Shown here: positions 13,787 through 27,723 of the stretch, piece by piece
How the letters are laid out: every line of letters starts with the position of its first letter
Position numbering within the stretch: the stretch's first letter is position 1
Source of the DNA: Chrysomallon squamiferum
Taxonomy: Eukaryota; Animalia; Mollusca
NCBI GenBank assembly: GCA_012295275.1
Contig: CM022675.1
Coordinates: 15,004,001-15,068,000 of the forward strand
Length of the DNA stretch: 64,000 nucleotides
Direction: 5' to 3'
Position numbers and translations under genes: made by a program
Notes under the pieces: generated by a model
Seen by the model: the letters and a program-made list of their open reading frames with translations, nothing else
Told to the model about the DNA's origin: nothing
Databases searched by the model: none

Positions 13787-16076
13787 ATTAAATTAATAAT
13801 AATAAGAAGAAAATTAATAATAATAATGATATATATATTAACATCTAAGAACGCATGAAAATTCCACATTTGGGTCAGAATATAACTGTGTTTGTATCGT
13901 TTACACATTTATGAGAAATATCAAGGTAATCCACAATTTAAAATCACAAAGTCAAACAAATGTATATTTTTTTCTCTCAGAACGTCGATGTAGATCATTT
14001 TTGGTCTGCTTGTTTGTGTTTGTGCACGCGCTTGCGTGAACATCTGTATACACACGCGTGTTTGTGTTAATTTACTTTATATAGGAAAAAACGTTTAAAA
14101 AGAGCTTGACAGTCGTTTTATTTGTAAATACATGGCGTTTCGCTGATACGACTTGCAGTGTAGATTAACTAACACATACGATCGTGTTGAAAAGCTGGCC
14201 TGGAGACAAACATGTGTTTAACCAAGGATGGATATTTAATACTCAGAGTTTGCTGTCAGTCTTGTTCTGTAGACAGGCCCCCTGGGTCGCGTGAAATGGT
14301 GTTTTTTTTTCTGTCGAACAAGAGCGCGATGGAGTCGCTTTGTATCGGGGTCCTGAACGAAACGCTATGGATGTAGCGGTGCGCGACATTCAGTAAAATG
14401 AGCGCATCTTTTGTGCGGAACTGTCCTAATTGTCGCTAAGTACGCTGTTTTTCTCCTGTCAGGTCAAACCAGATTTGGGTGTAACCTTTGCGTTGTAATT
14501 TTTAATGCGCACGAGAAGTGTAATTTGTAAATATATCCCAGTGATTTCAACTACTCAAGACAGCTCTTAAGGGTGGCTGGGTAAAGTGGATTAAGTTTTA
14601 ACACTTCACAGACTACAGTCCGGCCAGCCAGCAACATTCATACTGACAGCTAGTAATACACTGCAGTTTTTCTTAAAACATTAAAAAAATAAAAAAATTG
14701 GCAGAGTATCGGGTTTTTGCCATTAATTTTAAATGTAGGACATTAATAGCCACATTTTATAGATCTTTTTTTAAATTTATTTTCTTTTATTATTAGTAGT
14801 AAAGATAACAAAATTTTAGAAGTTCTGGAGTTGTAAATGGCATTAATAAAACACAAGCAGATCATTGCAATTGCAGCGAGGCTATGAAAATTCATACTTT
14901 ATAAAAAATCTGTGTTGACTCACACAGTACCATGACAACAACAGACAAGCAATACATCTAACAAAATTGATTTCATTCTCACCGAAAAGAGTTTTCAAAA
15001 AAAAAAAAAAAAAAAAAAAAAAATTTAAATGAGATATCGTTTACAAATATATTTTAAAATGTCACAGAGATTAATTTAAATAAATAAAACTAAATGATTT
15101 ATTATTTATTTTTATTTGTCAATAACACTTAAATTTTATTTTATCAAATCTTGTCTTGAAATGGTTGTTATTTTTTAAATTAATTTTTGCAGTCATTTTC
15201 AATCTGTTTATTTTTTTTAATTTATTTTAATTACTATTTCAGTTTCGTTTTCTTAAAGTTATTAAGATTTATATAAATTTATATATATTTGAATGAACAA
15301 CTGTTTAATACCTTGTTTCACTATAAGCTTTCTCAAACTGTAGAAAAAAACTGTACTTTTCTCTGTTCATTCTCGCTATTGATTCTATTCAGTTTCGTCC
15401 ACACGCTGAAACGTAATAACAATGGACTGTGTCTTTAACGTCCGTTTTTACCCGTCTCTTAGTATTAGAGCAGCTCTGTTGTCAATATTTATTTTACAGT
15501 CACGTGTGAGTGTGTACTGGCATTTTTTAACATACGTTAGCCATCTCACAGTTAGAGACAATCTAAATATAATTAATCATTATTTAATTTATTTATTTAT
15601 TTATTTTATTTATTTATTTTCTTGATTGTTTGTTTGTTTTGTTTACGACAATAAGTATTTTGTTATATTATCTGAAGATAAAGTAATGTAGATATACACT
15701 CTAAGTTAACAGTAGAATCAAATAAAAAAAAAAATAATAAGACGAGTTTATTGATAAATAAATTAAATAATTATTGGCATGTACTGAATAAAACTTTTAT
15801 ATTTAAGTGTTTCTAATTTATAAAACAAATATAGGACATGGGATATATCAGAGAACGTTGGTTACATGTTATGTTGACAAAACAAGATAGAGTCATGTTA
15901 ATCTTTATCCTTACACAAAGAAAACAAAATAAAAAAGGTAATGAAAGGAAAACTGCACATTATTATTATAAAGACAGAACCAGTTTGAGTGAAACGTAAG
16001 TACTGTCTATAATTAACTTAACGCTCGTTTACAGGGACACAATAATAATGAGAGAAACGAACATTTGAATAGATGA

Positions 16077-16112
<36 letters not shown>

Positions 16113-16314
16113 ATTATGTTAATATTTTACAAGAAAAGAGAGTAAATTCCAACAGAATCTGTTATCTTAACATCTAGTATTAATTTCAGTGCTTAAAATA
16201 AACCATGCATCAAGAGAAGGAAAAAATAAGTGACAAAGTAACTAAGCAACTAAGAAAATAAATAAATAAATAAATAAATAGAATAAGTAAACTTTAAAAA
16301 AGAAAGTAACTAAG

Positions 16315-16345
<31 letters not shown>

Positions 16346-17260
16346 AATAAGTAAATAAATAGAATAAGTACATATGCAAAAAAGTAAGTAAGTGGTAAAT
16401 AAAAAAAAAAAAATATTTTTTTTAATGTAAACTCCATCTGCCTGTCGCTGAGAAAGTAAAAAGAAAAATACTTTTTTCATACAGAATTCTTTCTAGTCAC
16501 ACGGTTTTCATAGAGACTGTGTTCAAAGGAAGTTAGGTACCGTACAAATGTTTCATGTTAGGACACTTTGGAGTTATATTATTAAATTCACAGTATTTTA
16601 ACTCTTAAAATATTCATAATATATAACTAAAGTAGTTTTGCGGCGTTACTGTTATTGAGGTTTTTATTCCAGCATATTGACATATCGGGTGAAGTATAAC
16701 ACAAATGATTTTTGGTATCTAAATTTATTTAGATAGTTCGATAAAAAGTGTTTTGTATTCGTTTTACATCTTTCTATATTTCTACGATGAAATGTTTGTT
16801 AATTTGATAAGAATATGTTGTTTGTGAATCAAATTGAAAACAACTGTTGTAGTGTACAACATGTTTATAATTGTATACTGAACATTTCTTTTTTTTTTGT
16901 TGCGCCTCATTGAAATGCTGTATTTAATTAAAGCCGCTAAATATTTTTCATAGGCCGAAACCTATTATTATTATTATTATTATTATTATTATGTTACCTT
17001 TCTACAATGTAGCTTTTTAAGAATTAACAGTTTAACGGATGTTCAAGGCAACAACAACAAATATAATAATCATTTATTTATTTATTTATTTATTTGTTTG
17101 TTATTTAATAATTTAAATAAAACATATTACCATATTTGTGAATAAAATTATGTATAATGCTCACTAACCGCTACTCTAATATATGTATATACTAATAACT
17201 TGATTATATATTTATTATTGTTATTATTATTATTATTATTGTTATTATTGTTATTATTAC

Positions 17261-17321
<61 letters not shown>

Positions 17322-17750
17322 TTTTTTATTTTTTAAATTTTTTTTTTGTAGGTGAAAATCTGGTTTCAGAATCGCCGATCTAAATACAAAAAGATCATGA
17401 AGCACAATCCAAATGGACCAAACCCAGCCCAGTCACAGAATCAGCATCAGACCTCGCCACAGCCACCCCCACAACAACAGCAACAACCACCTCAGTCTCA
17501 ATCCGCGGACCTGCCAAGCCCCCCACAAGCACCCACTCCTCACCAAGTATCACAACCTCAACAACCACAGGGTCTTCTACCCGTGTCGTCGTCTATGAGT
17601 CCCCAGCCTGTCGGATCGTGGTCGGACATCAGCAACAACAACGCGTCAACAAACTCTTATATGTCTATGTCTCATTACTCTTGGTATTCACAGAACTCTA
17701 TGGTTCCGCAGCAGCCGTTGATAACGAAAACAGAGGTACCAGGGTTTTGA
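4580..17750 (+). CDS. Dlx: Distal-less/Dlx homeobox transcription factor, spliced CDS join(4580..4865,6997..7178,17352..17750), 288 aa
   Basis: Spliced translation gives the N-terminal KSAFMEL motif and the Dll-class homeodomain [50 protein letters not shown]|[14 protein letters not shown], with the typical intron between TQ and VKIWF. Exons 286+182+399 = 867 nt, frame intact, GT-AG junctions. Confidence 0.97.
6997..7178 (+). CDS. Dlx: Dlx coding exon 2 (homeodomain N-arm, helices 1-2)
   Basis: Acceptor TTTCAG|AT and donor CAG|GTAAGT; translates [61 protein letters not shown]. Absent from the ORF track. Confidence 0.97.
17352..17750 (+). CDS. Dlx: Dlx coding exon 3 (homeodomain helix 3 and Gln/Pro/Ser-rich C-terminus)
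   Basis: Poly-T tract then TAG|GTG; [14 protein letters not shown]; C-terminal SW and YSWY motifs; TGA stop. Confidence 0.96.
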   Translation: MKIWFQNRRSKYKKIMKHNPNGPNPAQSQNQHQTSPQPPPQQQQQPPQSQSADLPSPPQAPTPHQVSQPQQPQGLLPVSSSMSPQPVGSWSDISNNNASTNSYMSMSHYSWYSQNSMVPQQPLITKTEVPGF

Positions 17751-19653
17751 GGGCCATCGTGTTGGCTTTGCTAGGAAACTTCTACTGTCTCCCTAAACTG
17801 TCTGCCGATCTCTCCACTGTACATTTCAGTGCAAACAACAATACTGAAATTTCACTAATAAAGATGAAGAATCTAGTGTATGTAAGAAACAGTATATTTA
17901 GATAGGCAGTTTTACAATGGCGCATGAGAAATGAACGATGTGGAGTTGTGTGTTGCAGCCTTTACAACGGCAGGATTTTCATATTTATTACTAGAGAAAC
18001 AAACTTTATCTACTGAGCGCAATTGTACATTACATGATCCAGGGTCACAAAAACCAAACAGTATTGCTGTTAGACAACGTAGTAAAAACAAACGTTGCTG
18101 TTTGTGTTGCCCGGAACCTGTGTAGTTTATATGTGTTATATAGATGAGGCAACAGAAAAACTATGTGTTGTTGATTTCAGCTTGTGTATCGTGTTGTTTA
18201 TTATTTACCTATACCGGGACAGTTGTGCAAGTGTTTCTGGCTCGAGCTTGTTTCGTGAAATCAGAGTTTGTTTAATGTGAACTTTGATAATGAGAACAAT
18301 AGTCTAAATTTATTTCCTATGTACATTGTTATAGAAAACAACCTTTAATAATAATTAAAGTATAACAACAAAATAATACGCCAAAAGTTATTTATTAACG
18401 TTGCCATTTCCCTGTTTTCCTGTAGCCTACATTACAATGTTGCATTAGGTTCAGAAAAACCACCTATCAGACTCGAGAGATCAGAAAATTTGACAAAATG
18501 AAACAAACAAACAAAAAACAAAAATCGGGCAAATCACGACATTTTTAAAGATTATTTTAACACTTGAATCTAATGCCTGACGTTAGGAGTAAGAAAGAAA
18601 AATCGTAGTCTCCATCAGTAGCAAAAATGTATTTTTGTTTAACATGTACCTTCATTATTAGTAAAAGATCATCTATTAAAACAGCCACTTTCAAGAGTAT
18701 TTCAACTGTTACCATGACTTTAGGTACCCATTACGTCGTACCTGTCTTTACACAGATTTATGGAAAAAAGTATATTTTAAAATTCAGAATGATTTCTTTT
18801 ATTTTATTTTTTCTTACTTCATAATTTTTGATATCTGTCTAGTTCATGATAGTAGTTTATTTATTACAATTTTCTTTACAATAATATTATTAATGTTCTT
18901 TGATTGTCAATATGGAGAATTCACAGTAAATTCTAAATAAATGACTGTAGTTCTTATATCGTGTATTCATCTGAGTGTGTTTTGTTTTAGTGGGAGAAGT
19001 GTGTAATAATTTTTGAAAACAAAATGGCTGACACAACTGCTGTGATACAGAACACAGATTCGTCATTTTTCGCAATGTTTTTTGGTTTATATAATTTAAT
19101 TAACTGTTTGCAGTTATGTATACATTTTCATCAGCAAAGTCGTCGACTTCTTTCTTTTGTATATTCTCAGGTATTAAGGAACAAGTCAAAAATCTAAATC
19201 ATGTTAATAAGTATTTGTAATTTTTGAAGTAGCGAATATTCATTGAAATCAACTGTATTTAAGTGTCAAATAACGCTGCAGTTTCTGTGGTGTGTTCCAA
19301 CATTGTAAAATACATTTATCATAATTATGTAAGTAAATCTTTGTTGTTTTTTCATACAATTAGCACTAACTGGACTCATCAATATAAAATCTACTCTAAA
19401 TCATATATATTTGTAAAAACGGTTTGTTAGTAAAAAATTTTTATAAATGTGGAATTTCTCAAACGGCTAATTAAAGAATGCAAAACATTGTTTAGACTAT
19501 TAGTGGTTCAAGAATTCACAATCAAGTCCTTACAACAAGCATGGAAATTTGTTAAAATTCATGTTAAAGTATTTTGTCCCGCTGAAAGATAATGAACATA
19601 TGTATACATATACATACATACTTACTTTGGTGCATACATACATACATAAATAC

Positions 19654-19703
<50 letters not shown>

Positions 19704-19908
19704 ATACGTATGAAAATATAAATTAAATTTAAAATTTTTCTGTTTTGTCGAAATTAACACTGTTGTCAATTTTATATTCTGACGTTGATTGTGTGATTTT
19801 GTAATGTGACCGAAAATACACAAAATTTTAATAATCACAATCTGTGTATGTAATATTAATATATTTTTTAATGTATAATTATTTATTTTAATCATTGCAT
19901 CGAGAGTA

Positions 19909-19998
<90 letters not shown>

Positions 19999-21639
19999 AA
20001 GAAGAAGAAAAAAAAAAATAACAATAACAATAATAATATAAAAATACCGAAAGTAATAATATAAATAAAAATTAAAGTTATCTGTAGTACTCCAAAACTA
20101 TAATTACACACACAGACACACACACGAACATATACATACACACGAACAAATAGATATATTTTAAGTAGATTTAGTTTCATTTTATTTTATTTCTTATATT
20201 TTTTTATTATTTAGGTAATTTTGTAATAAAACTGAATTTAACTTGTAAACCAGCAATAATTCCAGTTTAAGCCTGAAATATGGCAAACTGTATTAAAATA
20301 TGAATGAACTGTTAATTGTTTGAAATTATGAAGACTTAATCAAAGAATGTCATTTTAAAAAAAGTGTTAATGAGATTTATTCACACTGAAAACAAACTGT
20401 TTGATGAAGTATTCAGTCTGCTGTTTGCAGACACTTCATCCGCCGCTTGTCTTCAATCGATATGCATGCAAGTCACTTTGGTTCGATGAGGCTTAAGGCG
20501 AATAGACAGAAAAGAAGACATTTTTCGTTATTTGACAATCATTATACGTTTGGCTTGAAGAGGCGAAATTATCTCTAAGTTCTATGGCCAAATTAGCTGA
20601 GAGATCGATTTGAAATTGGTACCTTTGGTTTCTGTCTCTCTCTGATTGGCTCCCGCTTGAGGAAGAGACCCGAAGCAGACGACATCTCAATCGCGGCTCG
20701 TTATTCTGTGTGCGCGGTTTTGACTTTCAGAGTGGAGAGTATTTGATTCTGCAGTAAATTATACATAATGACTTTATAACTCAATACGGGGAGTCACATA
20801 TCAGGGAGATTGGTCGCACGCTCTTTGCGCGGTCTCAAACACGAGTCACGCGATACTGATAACCAATAATTTGATTTCTTCGCCAATGTGACAAGACAAA
20901 CATATCAAACTGACAAAACATACAATTATATTTCATCTTAGCTAATGTTCAAATAAATTAACTGTAAAATAAGTAATGTTTAACATTTTTGATATACTGA
21001 TATTAAAATATTTCAAAAATTGTTTTACTTTACATTCACTCGGCTAAGTAATTTTACAGTTTGTGTTGTTCTGTGCCTTAGATCAGTTTACTTCCGTGCA
21101 CGACAGCCTATTAATTAAAAAAAGTAAAATAGTCATCATTCTAGTACATTCAACCGAAAATAAATAAAATATTTTCCGACACGTAATACTATATACATAC
21201 CAAAGTAAACATTAAGTTGGACAAAGTGACATAAAAATGAAAGCGCTGATTTTAATAGATAAACACCAACAGATAAACACAATTTAAAAAAATAATAATA
21301 ATAAAGAAGAAAGATCTCAATAATAATTTTTATATACATTTTTCTATATGGATATTGGTTTATCTGTATATTTAGAAAGCATCATCGTCATTATTTATTT
21401 ATTTATTTATGTATTTATGTTAGTATCTATATATATTGTCTTTCTTTCTTTCTTCTTTTATTTCTTTATGTTTCTTTCTATTTCTTTTTTGCGAGAGAGA
21501 GAGAAAGAGAACGAGAGAAAGAGAGAGAGACCTCTGAACAGAACAAAAATATTCACGACATTTTTTTTCAGCATATTTTATTAATATTTTTCTTTAACTT
21601 ATGGACGCATGTCATCTTGAAATGTGAAGATAAAAAAGT

Positions 21640-22330
21640 GTAACATCACGTCAAAGTGAGTGAAAGAACGGCGCGGCGTGTCAGTGCGTACGACAGTGGG
21701 GGTGAATGAAATTAACTACATTATTCCAATGTTTCCTTTGATTAATTACGCTCGGAGCAGTTAAAGGGTCGAGACAGATCGGAGCCGCGCTTGAGAAGGG
21801 GTGTATTCTGTGCTATTCTGTTTCCACTTGCTGTGTCCTATGTCGGCCACGCAACGCTGACCACATTGTGTGTTGCCGCGATCGGCTTTTTATGCACTCC
21901 CAGTCCAACCGGGCAGCAGAATGAATTTGATTGTCTACAGACCAGGTTCGCTTCAGCGCAGAGTCCCAACGCCCCCCGCCTACCTCTCTCCTCGCCCGGG
22001 CGCTTTTTACACACCGAGGCCCGTCTTTTATCCCGAGCTTCGTGGAGGCTACTTATTGACAAAGAAACAGCGGGGGAACCGAGCGGAACAATGGCCAGCA
22101 AAAACGAGCAACAGAGAAACATTTTACCGGGTGCTTTCACGCGAACCTGGCCTTCATCCCAGCGCTGTGTCGCTGTCTCGTAACGTTCTTCAAGTCCTTT
22201 CAAACTTTTCCCATTTATCACCGCTGACATTGTTGTAAAATAAATATTTGCCGTGTACATTTGTCGGAAGCACTTGACAATAATCTGACGACGATAAAAC
22301 AGCAGTGAAATAAGCCCACGTCATTAAAAC
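21640..22330. promoter_or_regulatory. GC-rich non-coding island downstream of Dlx, candidate enhancer
   Basis: Complex CpG-containing sequence between AT-rich repeats; TCF site CCTTTGAT (21735) abutting TAATTA (21743); overlapping ORFs show no recognisable domain. Confidence 0.4.
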
Positions 22331-22570
22331 CATGTCGTAGTTTGTGTCTATCAACAATACATTACACCGTGCCTCGTACTTTTATATTGTTGTTGTTGTT
22401 GTTGTTATAGTAGTGGTAGTTTTATGTATAAATTATCAATATCTGTACAAATAATAATAATAATAATAATATTTAAAATCTTTATATTACCGTAAATAAA
22501 TAAATAAAGTGATAAAATTATAAAAACTCTTAAGGAACATTAATACAAAAACAAACAGTATAAATGAGTG

Positions 22571-22602
<32 letters not shown>

Positions 22603-25600
22603 CTACAACAAAAATAAATAAAATAAAATAAATAAAAATACGAGTAAAGAATAAATAAATAAATTAACAAATAATAAATAAGTTAATAGAATAGAATAAA
22701 ATAAAATAAAATAAAATAAATAATAAATGAAATAAAATAATAAATAAATAAACAAATAATAAAATACTGAATTAATAATAAATAATAAATAAATAAATGT
22801 TCAAATAAATAGAAACAACAACAAACATAACCTTAATAATAACAACAATATTACCAGTAATATTAATATAATAATAATAATAATAGTAAATTAATAATAA
22901 TAATAATAATAATAATAATCACAATAACAATAACAACAAGACAGACAATAATAATAAAAAAAAAACCAAAAGACCTAGAACAAAGCAATAAATAAACAAT
23001 AGGTAAGTAAGTGAAGACGTTATAAAAATATTAAAAATCAAACAATTTCTCTGCTTGCTGATTTAATATTCAGATCTTTTCAAACTGTTTGCTGACACCG
23101 AACTATCGGCGAGGTCTGTAATTCTAGTTGAAGTTTAAAATGAAAATTACTTTTTATAAATTATTTCCATTACATCAATCAATCAGTCTTTTAAGAAAGC
23201 GTGGCAACTGTAATGAGTAATGTGGAAACCTAAACCAGTCTGAGAGAGAAAAAAGTTCTTTGTGCTGTAATAGTGACCGAGCTAACCTGAAATGTATCTG
23301 TACGTACCTGCGCAACAACTGTGAAAGTAACAGTCTCTATCAGCACATTGTTATAACACAACAGATAAAAGTGACAGTCAAATTTTCTTTAAGTTTTCAA
23401 GTAAATTTACAACATCTTTTTTTGCAGTGATAAACGATATTCAACAAATTCTTATGTTTTGAAGTCTTATAATAGGAAAACAAATCTCGTATTAAAAATG
23501 AAAACCCGCTAAGACTGGAGTGAAATAAGTTTGACGAAACTCCATGATAAGTTAATTATTTTATAATATACTTCAGTGAGACTGAATGTGGATGATCAGC
23601 GAACATGGATTGACATAAAATCTTTATTACACAAGTCTGAGTATATTACATTGTTAAAATTCCTGAATGAATCATAACAGACTGGATTACACTTTATCTT
23701 GTAGCGAAGGAAAATAAGAAAATGTCAAAGAATGTAAAAGAAATAAACGCTTCAAAAACATTTATACATTAAAGTTTAATTTTTTGTAGCTGCCAAATTA
23801 ACAACAAGAGATTAACTGATACATGTTACGAATTATCTGCACTGTTTTTTCTCGTGTCAGTTTGTTATGTGTGTCGTTTTACAAAACTTCTGCTATGTTA
23901 GCCAGATTATCATATCTCAGCTTTGTTAGCTCCACAGGTAAAAATATTCATACTTGAAAAACATAATAATTATAAATAACAGTTTCCTAAAACATACATA
24001 AACACGTACACACACATATAAAGACACACACACACAAATAAATACAAAATTAAACACATATAGAAACATATTTAGATACATACATACATACACACAAACA
24101 TACATACATACATATACAGATCCATATAAAAGTAAGCAAAATAAATAAATAAATAAATATTCATATCTGAGGTGTTTTTGCAGGATTTTACAGGTTATAT
24201 TAATTAAGGTGTGAATATTAATGATGTTTTTATTGTCTTTATGAATTATTGATATTGTATTTCTGTGAGGTATTAGTGGAAAGTTAATACAGACATTCAA
24301 AGAACAGTATCTTCTATAACTGTCATAATGTGGGGTTTTTTGGGGTTTTGTCTATTTTTTTACACCGTGTTAAAGGTTACTAACAAAGAAAAATAATCAT
24401 TAGTACTGGACACTAACTAATTGTTTTTAAATACACAATAAAAAATAAAATATAAATGACAACATTAATACTTGATCTGTCTAAACTTGATCAATATAAA
24501 TTTATGTATTCAGTTTATGAAGTGACTAATTTATAAAGTAAAAGTGTTTACTGCGCAAAACATAATGGTAAAAAAAGTTAAAATAATCTGATGTAGAAAG
24601 GTAACTTTGGTTAGTAAAATACTGATATCAAATGAGAGAAGAATCCGCAAATCTTCACAAGTTGTAACAGTCTCAGAAACTCTGACTTTACACATCTGTT
24701 TTGTATCTCAAACTTTTTCTTATGTAATTTACAATAAAAAAGCTGGTAACATTAGCTTTCTTTTCTATTTGAATTGGAAATGAAGAGTATATTTAATTCT
24801 GAACAATTCTGAGACTGTAAGTCTTCGTTTCTGCGTATGAAACAAATATATGTTTATTTCTGTCCTACATTAAACCTGTCTGCTAAAGAACATAATAATA
24901 TATATTTATTTATACTGGATCATTCGAGGCATTTTTTTGTTGAATAAAAACCTAATAAATATTTTGATTAATGTTTACATACGTCACATGCTATTTAATA
25001 CTAGTTTTCACTAGCTGTTTTATTTCATACAGTTTCCAGAAACATTCATTAAATATTTTTCGAAAATTTGTCATGAAATTAAATTTCAAGTTCAGTAAAT
25101 TTATAATTTATATTTGTATTAGTAATGCTACTAAATAACTGTTTATATAACAACAATGATGTTACAGCAACTTCTGCTACTGCTACTACTACCACTACTA
25201 GTAGTATGACTATGACCACTGCTACTTCTGCTTAACATTAGTGCTAATACTGGTTCTGTTGCCGCCACTACTAACACAACTACTATTACTTCTACTGCTA
25301 GAGTTAAACATTTTACTGTTGTTGCTATCACCTGTTACCACTACTATTACTACTTCTTCAATTGTTATTAACTTTGTACTACTACTACAACTGCTACTGC
25401 CGCTACTACTATTACTACTACTGCTGCTACTGTAACTATTACCACTACTTCTACTCCTAATACAACAGCAACTTTGTTTTCCGTTTTAATAAAAATAACA
25501 AACAGGTACATTATCTATAAGTACATATTAACATGCATGGAACTGTAACAAACAACTAATGACAGTTGTTTTGTTTAAATGTAAACAATGTGTAGATCTC

Positions 25601-27161
25601 CGATGCGCAGCTGTGTTGCACTCACAGCGATTTCTGGTCTCTTTGAAAATGCGCTTTTCACTAAAAACGAAATCTGCGCTGATCAAACGAACATCTTGCC
25701 AGGGTCGATTCTTTAGGATGATATAAAAGGTACAACATAATGCTCTTGAAAAAAAATCAATGTCTTTTAATGTGTGTTTCGACCCTTTTGACATGTTTTC
25801 ACCTGCTGAATCAATCAACACACCTGCGGCAGTAACGTATTTGTTTGAGTACAAGAGTGTAAACAGGTGGAGCGCGCTTTCTCGTGGTGCATCGTAAAAC
25901 ACGTTTTTATCTTCTACTTGAAACTGCGTGTCGCTAACGGTGCATTTGGACAAGATAATCGAAACGAAAGAGCGGTGAATGTGCAAGTAAGATATCTCAC
26001 AGCTCATCAGATGTGTCAAGTTATTAAACAGCCATTAGATAATCAGATTTTAAAAACAACTACTCTGGTGTTCATTATTACCTCGTTTCGTAATTAACTG
26101 CTTCTCTGACGAAATTTAAAAGGTATTAAAGCTGCCATATTTCATCTTATAAAAATGAGCTATCCTTATTTCATTTACAAACAAAGCTAATAAATAAATA
26201 AATAAATATATAAACAAAAAAATAAATTAAAATTAAAATAAACTAATAAAAATATAATAAAATATAAATAATATAAAACTAATAATAAAAAAAAGAAGAC
26301 ATATATGGAAACAAACAAAACAAAAAACAAATCTACAACAACAAAACAAGCAAACACAAACAAAACTGCAACAGCAAAAACACAATAAAAACTAACAAAA
26401 CTAAATCCCAAAAGTAACTTAACAAAATAAGAAAATAAGTAACAAACGCAATTTATTCAAATATGGAAAACAAATAAAAATTAACGATATTTCTTTAAGT
26501 TGTGTGATTTTTGCTAACTGTTTTTCGTCTTTTAATAAAGAGAAATATTTAAAAAGGGAACTTGTTTTGTTTTTTATTTGTATTAAATTTCAGGAAATTT
26601 ATTCATCTTTTTCTCTTAATAAGAAGTCTCCTTATACCCATGGTCTGGATATTCATTTACATCTACCGCAATTCCTGTCACGTCTTCAGGAAGAGCGGTA
26701 TTAGCTTAAAATAATGTTTCACTTTTATAGAAATAATCTGACTTTCTGTGAAGATAAAAAACTGTCATTTTATTTTAATCCTCTGTTTTATTTATTTTAC
26801 AAACGTGGTAAGCCACACGTGTGTAGATTAAACTTAAATTACGATTATCATTAAAAGGCTTTGTCCTCTTAAATAAAGCCACGTGATACATGATGGCGGT
26901 CACATGCAACCGCTACATTTTGTGAATCGGCGCCACATCTTGTCGGAAAATGACAACAATTTTGATAAAATGATGCAGAAAACTGGCCCCAGAGAAAAGT
27001 GGTTTTATACAAAGTTAAACCCACATCCTGCAGATATTGTTAAATCTGTGAGCAAAATGCAGAAAATGACATAATTATGTCAAAAACAAAATAATTTAAA
27101 ATATAATTTATCAATTTCTTAATGTCTGCGGTTACACTCACTTTTATTACATTATATTAAT

Positions 27162-27600
27162 TGTAGATTTAATAAAACAATACATAGCTAACCACGTACT
27201 GTAATATACTTTTCTGTATATTTGATAAAACAATACACAGCTAACCATGTTTTGTAATATAATTATCTGTAGATTTGATAAAACAATACATAATTAACAA
27301 CGTACTGTAATATAAATTATCTGTAGATTTGATAACATAATGTACTCTAGTATATTAGTTGAACTGTAGTGTGTTAGTTTTAGATTTAATAAGATCGTAC
27401 GTAATTAATAATGTATTGTCGAAAATACGAGCTGTACAATTGATAAAATAATACTAAAGTAATCATATACTATAGTGTATTAGTTGTACATTTGATAAGA
27501 CGACACTTAACCATGTACTACAGTATATATTAGGTGTAGATTTGGTAAAACAGTACTTAACTAAACATGTACTGATGCCTAGAAATTTAGCTGTTGGTTT
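27162..27600. repeat. Degenerate ~53 bp tandem repeat, about 8 copies
   Basis: TGTAGATTTGATAAAACAATACA.AGCTAACCA.GTACTGTAATATA... at 27162, 27215, 27268, 27322, decaying rightwards. Confidence 0.8.
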
Positions 27601-27691
27601 GTCAGCATTGTGTTCAGTAACCAATATTAAGTTACTTATTGAATTATCTATTAAAACAGTTAAACAAGTCAATAAGTTCAGTTGTGTAATA

Positions 27692-27723
<32 letters not shown>

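Noticed and set aside
21791-22260. Three overlapping 122-140 aa ORFs
   Set aside because: No recognisable domain or splice-consistent exon; open frames are expected from locally high GC.
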